From Bdellovibrionales bacterium (GTDB lineage: Bacteria; Bdellovibrionota; Bdellovibrionia; Bdellovibrionales; UBA840): a stretch of 64,000 nucleotides of DNA. A program made the position numbers and the translations under genes. The notes under the pieces were generated by a model. It ran no database searches. It was not told the origin of the DNA and worked only from the letters and a program-made list of their open reading frames with translations. Shown here in pieces: positions 8,501-17,123 of the stretch. The first letter of the stretch is position 1. Every line of letters begins with the position of its first letter. The stretch is taken from positions 2,110 to 66,109 of the forward strand of contig JBGCGH010000048.1 of NCBI GenBank assembly GCA_045110695.1. Direction: 5' to 3'.

Positions 8501-11500
8501 CACTGGCGGTGGACCACCAGTACAAACCTCTCTATTCACACAACGACCAACATCAGCCAAAACTAAACAATTACAAACACCAGAGCCACAGAGTCCACCT
8601 GAAGAACAGCCTGGACCTGGAGCTAAGATGTCTCTTTCCGGCTCTCCATCTGTAAAATAATAATACCTTCCTAAGTCACAAGAAGATGCATCTACATCTT
8701 CCATGAAGGTAAACAATGGTACTACCGTACAAGACTGTGAAGGATAGTTAGCATTCCCTCCAGGAATTCCGCCAACCTGACAACTTGATGGTCTACCCGT
8801 TCCTGTCACTGGCTCAAATACCCTAGTATTGGTACAGGTTTGACCAATAGGATTTATTATCGGGCCTGGAGTGCCACAGTCACCGTTCTGTTGTCTTAGT
8901 CCATTGGAAGGTAAGCAATCTTCTAGAGTTGTTGTAGCATCTGCTATACATAAAGCAACAGCTGCATTGAGTTGATCGCCAGTATCCTCCGCGGTTACAT
9001 CGTATGGTCCAAAATTATATCCTGTAGGACAGTTGGTTGGACAGAATTTATCTACACCTGAAGGATATCCACCAGCAATGACTTCGCAAGTTGCTCCTCC
9101 ATTATCAGTACTACATACTGTAGAATCTAACCAACCAGGCCTTGCTGCCTCCATAGGATCACTACACCAAACAGGACAAAATTTAGCCACTGTAGGAGAA
9201 AAAGCGCAATCAGCGGCAGTAGGGTTAGACGCCAAACAGGATGCTACATCATCACCCGCTGGAGAACCATAAGCATCATCGCAAGTATTTAAAACTGGGC
9301 ACCAGACATCAACTGTATTCACTGTTTCTTCGGCGCAGGTTCCAACAGAATAAGCATCCAAGCACTCCGCTTCTGTGGCTGAGGGAATGTTTCCATTGGC
9401 ACAATTAAAGCTTGGACTAATACAAAGATTAGGACATGAAAGCGTTCCTGATGAACCTTGCCTCGTCGAAGTAGGCTGCTGACAGGTGTTGTACCTAAGT
9501 TCACAACCTGAGCTATCAGAAAAAGAAACAGAAGCTGAGTCATTGCCATAGGAATTACATGTCCAATTTCCAGGTGGAAACTCGTTACAAGTATTACATA
9601 TTAACCTACTTACATTTCCATCACCACTACAAGAATTTCCGTGGTCATTTGGATTAGCAAGATTACAACCAGAAACATCGGTTTGAGAATCATAAACATC
9701 TCGAACAAAATCAATGGGCACAGAAACAGTTGGATTATTCGGTATCCCTGCTAAAGAGCACTGCGGAGCCCCAACAGCATTTACAGTTCCGGTGGCGCTA
9801 TTATCTAAATCATCACAAGTGATTCTTTGAGAGGAGCCAGCATTACAACTGGCAGAGATCATATTATTAGAGCATCTAGAGTTATCACCAACCGATGGCT
9901 GCCAACAACTACAATTTGTTCTTCCGTCTCGACAGTCGTAAATTCCATTCACAACCGCAGTTCGATTCAAAGAGTTTACCCAATCAATTTCAGAAACGTT
10001 GGCACAAGTTCCTGCCCCAGCTCCACTTTTATCGCAAATTTCTCCGCCTCCACAATCCACTTCCCTACAATCATCTCGGTAAGCCGGGCTAGTAGTGTTC
10101 CCTTGTGCTTCCCCTCTAACTTCAAAGGTTGTATCACAGGGAACCGCATCATCGAACCTCTGACAGGCATCGATTGCGAGCATATTAACACCGGGATTGA
10201 TTCCTAAAGGACTACCGGCTGTTCTTTTACATGAGTTTGAGCCCGCTGCTCTTCCTAAGAACGCTGCTTCTTGATAACAGATACCTTCGGAACCGTTATT
10301 AAGAGTGTTATGAGGATCTAAAGTTTGATAGTCACCGGCTACGTGTAAAGACACAGGGCTGGCATTTAAATTTGCGCCGTACGCAGAATTGTATGCAAGA
10401 CAAATTTGTACATATGGTAGGTATTTACCATTAGGATAGTTTGCCGCGTCTTCCACACTAGAGTATCTACCGACTCTGTGAATATTATTATAGGTTGCTA
10501 TTCCAGAATTTAATGCACCAGAGGCTGCACTTACATCAGCTTCGTCAAGAATATCAAAACCCATCACTCCGCTTCTTTCCATAAAAGCGTAGGTTCCGCC
10601 ACCACCATTTTTATTTATATAAGGCTTCGGAGAGTGGGCAACCCTATCAGCAGGAGTTGAAATTGTGGGCTTCACACTTTTTGTCCAAGTTTCTACTTCG
10701 TCTCCGAAACGGTAACCACCACCACAAACATCACAAGCTCTGGCAGCCGCTGCATATTCTCCGTCACCGGCAGAACCAGCTGCGATAGTCAGGCCTCCAG
10801 AAGCTCCAACCACATCATCAAAATAGCCGGCAGGGTAATTCCCCCCATTTGCTACATCAGGATATGACAATCGAATTGGTCTTTCATTTACTCCATAGGA
10901 TCCGTTAGATTCCCCGTTTCTCAAGGCAAGAGTTTGGCAAGGTGATGTGTCTAACGCATCTGTATATTCAGTGGGGTCAATCTTAGTAGGGGAAAATGCC
11001 CATTTGAATCTCACGTCAGATAAATCAAATGTTTCTATTGGTCCATCAGCCGTCCAAACTACTTCATAATTTCCATTGGCAACACCAGCCGTTCCAGTAA
11101 CTGCTGGAGTATCTGAGCACTGATAGAAATTATTACCGAACTTCCGGCGAACACCGTCGTACCATAAAAGATTTGCTTTTGCTGAATCAGGGATACCCAT
11201 TTGACCAGCGACTTCACCGAAGTTTCCTACTGCGTTGTTGCCATTGTTATCTCTTGCAGTACCCCCACCACCTGGAGTAACACGTTGAATTCCATGGGGT
11301 CGAGTTACATCAACAGAAAACCGGTTTTCATAAAATATTTTACCATTCCTATTGGATATATTTCTGGCAGAATCAACCAACATCACAGAAAACCTAAAGT
11401 CTCCTTCAGGTAGACCAGTAAGTCTTAACTGGTAGTCTAGTGATCTGTTGGTAGTAAAATGGTCTAGGAAGTTATTATTATCAGCCATTGGCTCATCGTT

Positions 11501-13060
11501 TCCAGCATGCCACGGAATAACATTTACCGTAGCTCTACTTGCGTTATCCTGAACTTTTTCAACATAACTTGCTCTGAAAGCAGCTTCGTCGGCAAGGTTA
11601 ATAATTGCTGGATCTAAACCAATATTCCAATCCACTGGAACAGGGTCGCCGCTATCATCTTCTTGCATTAGAAAATTACAATGATACCAACCGGTATCCT
11701 CCGTATCGATGTTGAAGGCAGTCTTTCTTCCTAAATATTCTAGTCGGCAAAAAGGCGTACTATCTGCGTCGCTCAATGTAAAATGTATGTCTATAGGTGG
11801 TACAAACTCTTTGGTAGCAACATTGCCATCCAAGTCCACATAATCCGCAGCCCCTGCAACTTCATATACTCCGCCACAAATACCTGCGTTATTTTGTCCA
11901 CCTCTAGAAAAAGTATCGCTTGCCGCAGCCTCTACATCTGACCTTTTTTCGCCAATGTTAATACATATAAAATTATTATCTTCTGTTCCTATGCAAGGGT
12001 CAGGAGCAGCAGTAACATCACTTAATCGGGGGGTGACATTATCAATAGTGTGTGAATAGGAATTGTTAGCACCACAACTATACTCGTTACCTTGATCATT
12101 GGTGTAGGAAAGCCTTACATCTAGACTCAAAGAAAATGAGTTTTGAATCCTAACACCTTCTAAATTTCCAGCTACCACTTTTCCGCCAACAGCAATAGGA
12201 CCGAAATCTAAAGTTGTACCCGGAATAACGAGACCGCTATCATTTCCTACAAGCTCTCCAGGGTTTACATTCGATGGAATCGTATAAAGAAACCTATCGT
12301 TACCCAGATCTAAAGATCCATCCGTATCCGTATCCTCAGCAAGAGGCAGACAATCTTTATTCCCCTCCACCGTCATTCTTTGAATCCGGATCTCAACTTC
12401 TAAATTATCTAAACTTCCAGACACTGTATCTTGAAGACGGTCACCAAAATCTCTCCAAAATCCATCATCAATATCCAAGACCCCTGGTCCGTATACCTTT
12501 AAAAAGCCGTTACAAATCCCAGGGGACTGACTGTTGTAGTACCTATATAGGTTTGCAAATGCCGAGTCGATATACAGCCAAGAATTCACTCTTGAAGGTA
12601 GATCAACTAGAGATTGAACAAAAGGAAGCATGTCCCCTGCGGGATCGGGAGTCTGTCCGTTACCAGTGCTGTAAATGCCATCAACAACTGGGTTATATAA
12701 GCTATTAATTGGATCTATTGTTAAAGGGTCTTCATCCACATCTACAATTGGTAAATTTAAAAATTGATTCCCGTCAATATTAGTGTAGTTTCCACCTTCG
12801 TTATTTGCTGGGTCCCAATTGGGGTAAAGCTGGCTAGTGGTATAGGAATCTAGACGATCTCTTTCTTTAAACTCAGAAACAATATTATTTGCAATGGATT
12901 GGCATTGTGAGCTTTTGAAAATTCTAGTAGAGGTTCTGGCGTTTTGGGTTACATAGAACGTAATCGCCACCGCAGACGAAGCTACAATTCCGACAGCAAT
13001 CATCACCTCAGTGAGACTGACTCCCTTTTGATTATCCCATATATTTTTTAACGCTTTCAC
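5567..13060 (-). CDS. Giant (2,497 aa) cysteine-rich secreted protein with type IV prepilin-like N-terminus (candidate modular pilin/adhesin)
   Basis: Uninterrupted 7.5-kb ORF with a GTG start. The N-terminus MKALKNIWDNQKG|VSLTEVMIAVGIVASSAVAITFYV has Gly at -1, Glu at +5 and a hydrophobic helix. About 124 Cys by hand count. Two tandem domains of about 127 aa carry TDPDGDxITY. Confidence 0.8.
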   Translation of the reverse strand: MKALKNIWDNQKGVSLTEVMIAVGIVASSAVAITFYVTQNARTSTRIFKSSQCQSIANNIVSEFKERDRLDSYTTSQLYPNWDPANNEGGNYTNIDGNQFLNLPIVDVDEDPLTIDPINSLYNPVVDGIYSTGNGQTPDPAGDMLPFVQSLVDLPSRVNSWLYIDSAFANLYRYYNSQSPGICNGFLKVYGPGVLDIDDGFWRDFGDRLQDTVSGSLDNLEVEIRIQRMTVEGNKDCLPLAEDTDTDGSLDLGNDRFLYTIPSNVNPGELVGNDSGLVIPGTTLDFGPIAVGGKVVAGNLEGVRIQNSFSLSLDVRLSYTNDQGNEYSCGANNSYSHTIDNVTPRLSDVTAAPDPCIGTEDNNFICINIGEKRSDVEAAASDTFSRGGQNNAGICGGVYEVAGAADYVDLDGNVATKEFVPPIDIHFTLSDADSTPFCRLEYLGRKTAFNIDTEDTGWYHCNFLMQEDDSGDPVPVDWNIGLDPAIINLADEAAFRASYVEKVQDNASRATVNVIPWHAGNDEPMADNNNFLDHFTTNRSLDYQLRLTGLPEGDFRFSVMLVDSARNISNRNGKIFYENRFSVDVTRPHGIQRVTPGGGGTARDNNGNNAVGNFGEVAGQMGIPDSAKANLLWYDGVRRKFGNNFYQCSDTPAVTGTAGVANGNYEVVWTADGPIETFDLSDVRFKWAFSPTKIDPTEYTDALDTSPCQTLALRNGESNGSYGVNERPIRLSYPDVANGGNYPAGYFDDVVGASGGLTIAAGSAGDGEYAAAARACDVCGGGYRFGDEVETWTKSVKPTISTPADRVAHSPKPYINKNGGGGTYAFMERSGVMGFDILDEADVSAASGALNSGIATYNNIHRVGRYSSVEDAANYPNGKYLPYVQICLAYNSAYGANLNASPVSLHVAGDYQTLDPHNTLNNGSEGICYQEAAFLGRAAGSNSCKRTAGSPLGINPGVNMLAIDACQRFDDAVPCDTTFEVRGEAQGNTTSPAYRDDCREVDCGGGEICDKSGAGAGTCANVSEIDWVNSLNRTAVVNGIYDCRDGRTNCSCWQPSVGDNSRCSNNMISASCNAGSSQRITCDDLDNSATGTVNAVGAPQCSLAGIPNNPTVSVPIDFVRDVYDSQTDVSGCNLANPNDHGNSCSGDGNVSRLICNTCNEFPPGNWTCNSYGNDSASVSFSDSSGCELRYNTCQQPTSTRQGSSGTLSCPNLCISPSFNCANGNIPSATEAECLDAYSVGTCAEETVNTVDVWCPVLNTCDDAYGSPAGDDVASCLASNPTAADCAFSPTVAKFCPVWCSDPMEAARPGWLDSTVCSTDNGGATCEVIAGGYPSGVDKFCPTNCPTGYNFGPYDVTAEDTGDQLNAAVALCIADATTTLEDCLPSNGLRQQNGDCGTPGPIINPIGQTCTNTRVFEPVTGTGRPSSCQVGGIPGGNANYPSQSCTVVPLFTFMEDVDASSCDLGRYYYFTDGEPERDILAPGPGCSSGGLCGSGVCNCLVLADVGRCVNREVCTGGPPPVPVDAECHTGPVLGNTEVTSTLSLIPECKDVVGFPAADIGGPQSSCKILPTDGPTTGSNSILATVTSAIGELCTANATEFAYEYSFPAGTGMSSGNQGDCFAMDKSCTVSEVGQANLCVGREWVTATAPTGVTPGLCTAVTYERENKSNGSRCDWRDADKYCLNDSAQTLRCDTGGPNEVYTCVPSLGGGGTCNPLEKLLERNATPQYYFANLGGPPRAGINFTSYPSTAGIDCGPVDPDASTPEVFGVIASSFVAGLNPPTGCVPNEECFLYDEYQCQYRDCSGNGDGGPVSVGGSCSVNYCFQPDSDPPCTCDATTDVFECSNGSPVYVDDNTCGGGPVIDCEPVGSGRAHSSGLECPSLDSRSLYCKKPSAGASTWQSIGTCTNALGCCAFGDSDDPVGLCSGVMLLAPPGLAAGNSCTGSEGFTVLRINNPSSGELFSCDGGGGPSPTLTQRACLAPTCDIAGGENANFYRTLTGGSGALAQCSSFGLNMGDYPLGTGDGYSSAGTCGSAIVGNTINCSAGGNDFSFSCQCQAAGPTCLPPNDWFLTLLSTETNPALVPTYSYRITDLTGISNQTDFDTLFGGAPFSTPVIAATPGCRGYPDSLPGPGVRNIMGTEAYNLDCACNTVPVNGAPTTPVVSCNGDGATMGFSIVTPATDPDGDTITYRAYRNVDCTEILTTDSYIEGGPNTSYGGSPSPSYNRVAFGDLGKSADCIVAGYSGVLDAFINIYAEDGNGGVSASPAKCGCTNLNCSVTPNSPPTAPTISCTGDGTTMGFSVTSGSTDPDGDPITYRAFRLADCEEDFTTDTEVRAGQNASYSPLPLPSDSFNYSQFDLVGDLGTICSGRGLSGDLEHLIHVYAVDDSGTLSSSAGTCSCEGMNCGGPGPVKASGTGCASCPAGSTSYSLMIMGPSPSGQAFCNMTASEEGRSGLSGFWGSWSDNPTGYQFTTVPGAWCSFYNGVGPVWFDRDWEIRDK

Positions 13061-13271
13061 TGCTAATAGTTTAGTTTTAAGACACCAATTAGCAAAAACA
13101 ATTATATATAGCGTATCACATTAGGACGAAAGTGGACTTACTTTAGTCAAGTGAGCCTCTTTCAAACGGAACTATTCTATCAATATAAATTTAGTTTCGC
13201 TTTTATTGTCATCAAAAAGTGAAAGTAAGAGGAGCATTATATTTTTATCTAAACCTTTTAAACTGATGTTT

Positions 13272-13300
13272 AAAAAAACCGAGCGGTAGCTCGGTTTTTT
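13272..13300 (-). terminator. Bidirectional-looking hairpin terminator downstream of 13331-13777
   Basis: AAAAAAACCGAGC-GGTA-GCTCGGTTTTTT: a 7-bp GC-rich stem flanked by an A-run and a T-run, about 30 nt after the stop of the minus-strand gene. It separates that gene from the giant ORF. Confidence 0.75.
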
Positions 13301-13330
13301 AAGTGTTAGGATAAGTTATCATTTAAAGGC

Positions 13331-13777
13331 TTACTGAAAGTTTAAAACATCCATGGTGTAGGACAGTCTACCCTCATTTCTCCAGCAATTCGCACGCTTA
13401 TTCAAATTTCTAACAGTAAAAACATCTAAAACGCCGTCCATTACTTCTTCATAAAGACCACAGTTTTCTCTTCTTCTATTGTTTTTGAAATTTACCTCAA
13501 CCCAATCGGCATTATCACTATCGATACTAGGGGCAGCAACGCTCAGACGAATTCTTACGTCTTCAAAATAAGGTAAACCACCATTACATCTCAATTTAAC
13601 AATTTCTCCACCTAATGCTTTCACCACTTTTTCTGTAGCGTTCTCAACAGCGTCACAAGAAAAGTAGGTGTCGATCACTCGAACTGTAAATCTTGTTTCA
13701 GAAACTTCTGCCTTCAGGCCAACTACAAACATAAGCGGTGCTAAAAACCATAATAGTCTTCTCATAATATCCTCCAA
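13331..13777 (-). CDS. Hypothetical small secreted protein
   Basis: N-terminal signal-like segment MRRLLWFLAPLMFVVGLKA, four Cys, no motif I recognise. A terminator follows directly. Confidence 0.5.
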   Translation of the reverse strand: MEDIMRRLLWFLAPLMFVVGLKAEVSETRFTVRVIDTYFSCDAVENATEKVVKALGGEIVKLRCNGGLPYFEDVRIRLSVAAPSIDSDNADWVEVNFKNNRRRENCGLYEEVMDGVLDVFTVRNLNKRANCWRNEGRLSYTMDVLNFQ

Positions 13778-14037
13778 ATGATTTCGGCCTAGAGTTAGAA
13801 TAACTCTTGGTCCGGTTACAATTAGTTAATTTGGAAAAATTACACAATAGTCCTGTAGAGCAGTCAACGTAGACCGGAGAAACTCAAAAAATAATTGAGT
13901 CAAATCGAACAAAAAGAAGAAAACTTCGTGTTTTAGGAGTTATTGCCTTTAAAATAGGCAAAAGCCACTCTCTGCCTTTTATTGATGATGGCTTAGAGGG
14001 GCTTAGGTCAAGGTCGAACACAGTATTTTAGATTGAT

Positions 14038-14754
14038 CTAAAGACTGAGACCTATTTCGTTAGATTTTTTTCTTCGATAAGAAATCGATTTTCTGGGATT
14101 ACGTTTTCTTTCTAATTGAGAAAAAACCCATTCTGCAATTTCAGGACACTCGATCTCATCGTCAATATCATGCTCTTTGTTGTATTCACGCCAATCAATG
14201 GGCAAACAAGCTTCAAACATTAATTTCCAGACATCTTTGCGAGTATCCTCTATTGGTAAGTCAACATCCTGAATCCCGTGGGTGATTAAAAATGGTGTCT
14301 CGTATGCAGCCTCAGAAACCTCTTCTAACCAATTATCAAAATGATAGATATATCCACTAATACCAATGATTCCACCCAAAGGTTCTGGGTATCTCATGCC
14401 AACATCGATAGACATTAAGGAGCCTTGGGAAAAACCAAGGAAGAAAACATTCTTTAAATCCCAACCCTGCATTTTCAGTTCTTCTAATAATCTGAAAATT
14501 TTTAAACGATTCCTCTGAACCTCTGCGCCTTGGTTCGGTGGAAAAGGATACCAAGTGTAGCCGCCATCGTACTTTCTAGGCGCGTTCAACAAAAGATAAG
14601 TAAAGCCTGGCAAAGGCAATTCCTCATTGAACTCTCTAAAGGGCTTCAGAGAATCTCCTCGGCCGTGAAGGACAATTATCAGCTTTCCATTTTCCGGTCC
14701 ACTCCAGTAGTCCGGGGCGATCACTTCATAATCAAATTCTGAGCAATAAATCAT
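14038..14754 (-). CDS. Alpha/beta hydrolase, phospholipase/carboxylesterase family
   Basis: LHGRGDS, nucleophile elbow GFSQGS and downstream HGIQD are spaced as in PF02230-type esterases. Confidence 0.65.
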   Translation of the reverse strand: MIYCSEFDYEVIAPDYWSGPENGKLIIVLHGRGDSLKPFREFNEELPLPGFTYLLLNAPRKYDGGYTWYPFPPNQGAEVQRNRLKIFRLLEELKMQGWDLKNVFFLGFSQGSLMSIDVGMRYPEPLGGIIGISGYIYHFDNWLEEVSEAAYETPFLITHGIQDVDLPIEDTRKDVWKLMFEACLPIDWREYNKEHDIDDEIECPEIAEWVFSQLERKRNPRKSISYRRKKSNEIGLSL

Positions 14755-14841
14755 AGTTCTTCTTTGACACTTGGTCTAATTGGCTGCATTCCTAACATCT
14801 AAATATTAAACTTACGCGGAGTATAACAGATAGGAGCCAAA

Positions 14842-15816
14842 ATGTACATAGTAACTGGTGCCGCCGGATTCATTGGAAGTGCTTTAGTTTGGGAATTAAA
14901 CCAAATGGGAATTACCGATATTCTCTGCGTAGATCGCTATAGAAACGGAAGTAAATGGAAGAACTTGCGTAAGCTAAAGTTCACAGATTTTATTATGACA
15001 GATAACTTTTTTGATCTCTTAGAAGACCCCGCTGTTCAGGCACAGGTCGAGGGGATTTTTCATATGGGAGCTTGCTCCTCCACAACGGAAAAGGACATGG
15101 ATTTTTTAGTGGATAACAATTATTACTTTTCCCAAGCCTGCTTTCATTGGTGCTTAGCCCACGGCAAAAAGTTTGTATATGCAAGTAGTGCGGCTACCTA
15201 CGGAGAGGGAGAAAATGGTTTCTCTGACAATACGGATTCCAATGATCTTGTCCCACTAAACCCATACGGTTATTCCAAAGTTCTTTTTGACAGATGGGTA
15301 GAGATGCAACCAGAAAAGCCTCCGGTTTGTACTGGTTTAAAGTTCTTTAATGTATTTGGACCGAATGAGTACCACAAAGAGGCTATGACTTCAGTGGCCT
15401 TCAAAGCAGTTCATCAAATCCGAGACACTGGCAAGTTGAAGCTTTTTCGAAGCCATCGAGAGGACTACAAGGATGGGGAACAACTTCGCGATTTTGTTTA
15501 TGTAAAAGACATTACTCGATGGATGACGGAGATTATGAATAAAGACGAACTGCAGGGCTTATTTAATTTTGGATTTGGTAAGGCTCGGTCTTGGGTCGAT
15601 TTAGGCAGTGCAGTTTTTAAAGCGATGGGTAAGAAGGTGGATATTGAGTGGATTGATATTCCTGAAGATATTAGGGATCAATATCAATATTTCACAGAGG
15701 CTGATATCAATAAGCTAAAGGCTTCAGGATTGTCGGAGCCGCAGTGGCCGTTGGAAAAAGCGGTGGAAGATTATGTTGTTAATTATCTGTTAGAAAGTGA
15801 TTCTTATCTTTCTTAG
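14842..15816 (+). CDS. hldD: ADP-L-glycero-D-manno-heptose 6-epimerase
   Basis: MYIVTGAAGFIGSALV Rossmann motif, YGYSK catalytic motif, the expected length (324 aa) and overall HldD/RfaD-like sequence. AGGAG lies upstream of the ATG. Confidence 0.85.
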   Translation: MYIVTGAAGFIGSALVWELNQMGITDILCVDRYRNGSKWKNLRKLKFTDFIMTDNFFDLLEDPAVQAQVEGIFHMGACSSTTEKDMDFLVDNNYYFSQACFHWCLAHGKKFVYASSAATYGEGENGFSDNTDSNDLVPLNPYGYSKVLFDRWVEMQPEKPPVCTGLKFFNVFGPNEYHKEAMTSVAFKAVHQIRDTGKLKLFRSHREDYKDGEQLRDFVYVKDITRWMTEIMNKDELQGLFNFGFGKARSWVDLGSAVFKAMGKKVDIEWIDIPEDIRDQYQYFTEADINKLKASGLSEPQWPLEKAVEDYVVNYLLESDSYLS

Positions 15817-15840
15817 GTTTTTGGGTTTGCTTTTTTAGTC

Positions 15841-16040
15841 GAACGTAAAAATCACATCCAAATAGAGTCGATCGTACTCAGACACGCAACTTCGTGGGGT
15901 TCGCTCAGGCGCCGCTGGGCTTTTTCATATTTTACCAAATTTTGTGTTGGAAATGAGCGTGCAACTGCCCCTCAACCAAAGACGTCCGTACTCAGACACG
16001 CAACTCCGTGCGGACGTCTTTGGTTGAGGGTCAGTTGCAC
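15841..16040 (+). repeat. Intergenic modular repeat, copy B (half unit + terminator-like module + full hairpin)
   Basis: An apical motif without a right arm lies at 15875-15897 (TACTCAGACACGCAACTTCGTGG). TTCGCTCAGGCGCCGCTGGGCTTTTTC is at 15900-15926. Hairpin arms 15959-15988 and 16011-16040 pair at 29 of 30 positions, with apex TACTCAGACACGCAACTCCGTG. Confidence 0.9.
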
Positions 16041-16319
16041 TTTTCCTTATTTACTTAGTGGTAACAGTTTGGATATATATGTTTGAGGGGGGGGAATAGG
16101 ATTCGTTTTTTTGGTGAGCTTTGATGAATAGTTGAGGGATAACTAATTGTTTTGGTTGCTATTAATTGAACGATGGACTACGGGGAAAATATTATAAAAA
16201 TGGGGGGCTTTGCAATGATTCCTATTGGATTTAGGAGTTTAGACTTTGTGGGTAAGGGGCTCAGGGGTATAGTTTGGATTGGGATAATTTTGTTTAGGTT
16301 TGAGAGAGAGACATAATTA

Positions 16320-17123
16320 ATGACTAAATTAAAGTTGGTTCTTGTGAACCCTCAGTACGCTGGTAATGTTGGATATTGTGCGCGGTCTGTGGGAAATATG
16401 GGTGCGGAGAATCTTATTATCATTGCTCCTGAGTGTGATTTGGAAGAGGAGCGAGCAAAGCAAATGGCGGCAGGTTCTCAAGCTTCTTTAAAGGACCGTG
16501 TTGTCTATGAGAGCTGGGATGAGTTTCTAGCGAAAGAACCTCCGGGACTGCGTATTGCCATGACTGCAAGGGATGGTAAGAATCGTTCTCCAGATTTTTT
16601 GCCACAACTTTTAGATCAATTAAATGATAGAGAAGATAAAATATTAAAAGATAATTATGTTTATATTATTCTTGGCCCGGAAGATGATGGCTTAAACGCC
16701 TCTGATATTGAGAGAGTGCATTTATGTGCAAAGCTTCCTACTTACGGAAAATTTAAAAGTTTGAATTTAGGTCATGCAGCACAGCTTAGCCTTTATATAT
16801 GCCAAGAGTTTTTTAATAGAAATGGTATTACCGCCTCTGATGAAGTTGTTTATGACAAGGGAGATTCAAACATTGCTCCCCCTACCAAAGATCTAGTTGA
16901 AAAATGGGCTTTAGAAATAGGATTTAGCCTCCAATCTAATAAGAGAAATATTGCCCTTAGAATTGATCAAATTCTTCAAAGAGCTGTACCGACTAATGAA
17001 GAATATAAATTACTAGAAAAGATGATTCGTCAAAGTCTGAGAAAAATTGAAGATCCTGAGTATCTTCCAAACAACTCGAAGCTTAGGGAATCTAATCGGG
17101 AGAATGATAATGTGCGAAGTTAA
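16320..17123 (+). CDS. TrmH/SpoU-family RNA 2'-O-methyltransferase (TrmJ-like)
   Basis: LVLVNPQYAGNVGYCARSVGNMG...LIIIAP resembles the TrmJ N-terminus. The SPOUT C-terminal motifs ILGPEDDGL and LNLGHAAQL are present. Confidence 0.7.
   Translation: MTKLKLVLVNPQYAGNVGYCARSVGNMGAENLIIIAPECDLEEERAKQMAAGSQASLKDRVVYESWDEFLAKEPPGLRIAMTARDGKNRSPDFLPQLLDQLNDREDKILKDNYVYIILGPEDDGLNASDIERVHLCAKLPTYGKFKSLNLGHAAQLSLYICQEFFNRNGITASDEVVYDKGDSNIAPPTKDLVEKWALEIGFSLQSNKRNIALRIDQILQRAVPTNEEYKLLEKMIRQSLRKIEDPEYLPNNSKLRESNRENDNVRS

Noticed and set aside
5806-12708. About a dozen plus-strand ORFs of 65-144 aa inside 5567-13060 (for example 8271-8660 and 12274-12708)
   Set aside because: They are antisense to a continuous 7.5-kb ORF with clear protein-like features, and their own translations are low-complexity. 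I treat them as shadow ORFs.
15950-16035. Short ORFs starting at the conserved GGAAATGAGCGT inside the repeats (for example MSVQLPLNQRRPYSDTQLRADVFG in copy B)
   Set aside because: The reading frame runs through the variable arm, the peptides differ completely between copies (8 aa in copy C), and there is no properly spaced SD. The ATG is probably fortuitous.
17047-17103. The upstream extension of the trmO ORF (track start 17047)
   Set aside because: The extension lies entirely inside the trmJ-like gene in another frame. The conserved YaeB N-terminus begins at the ATG at 17104.
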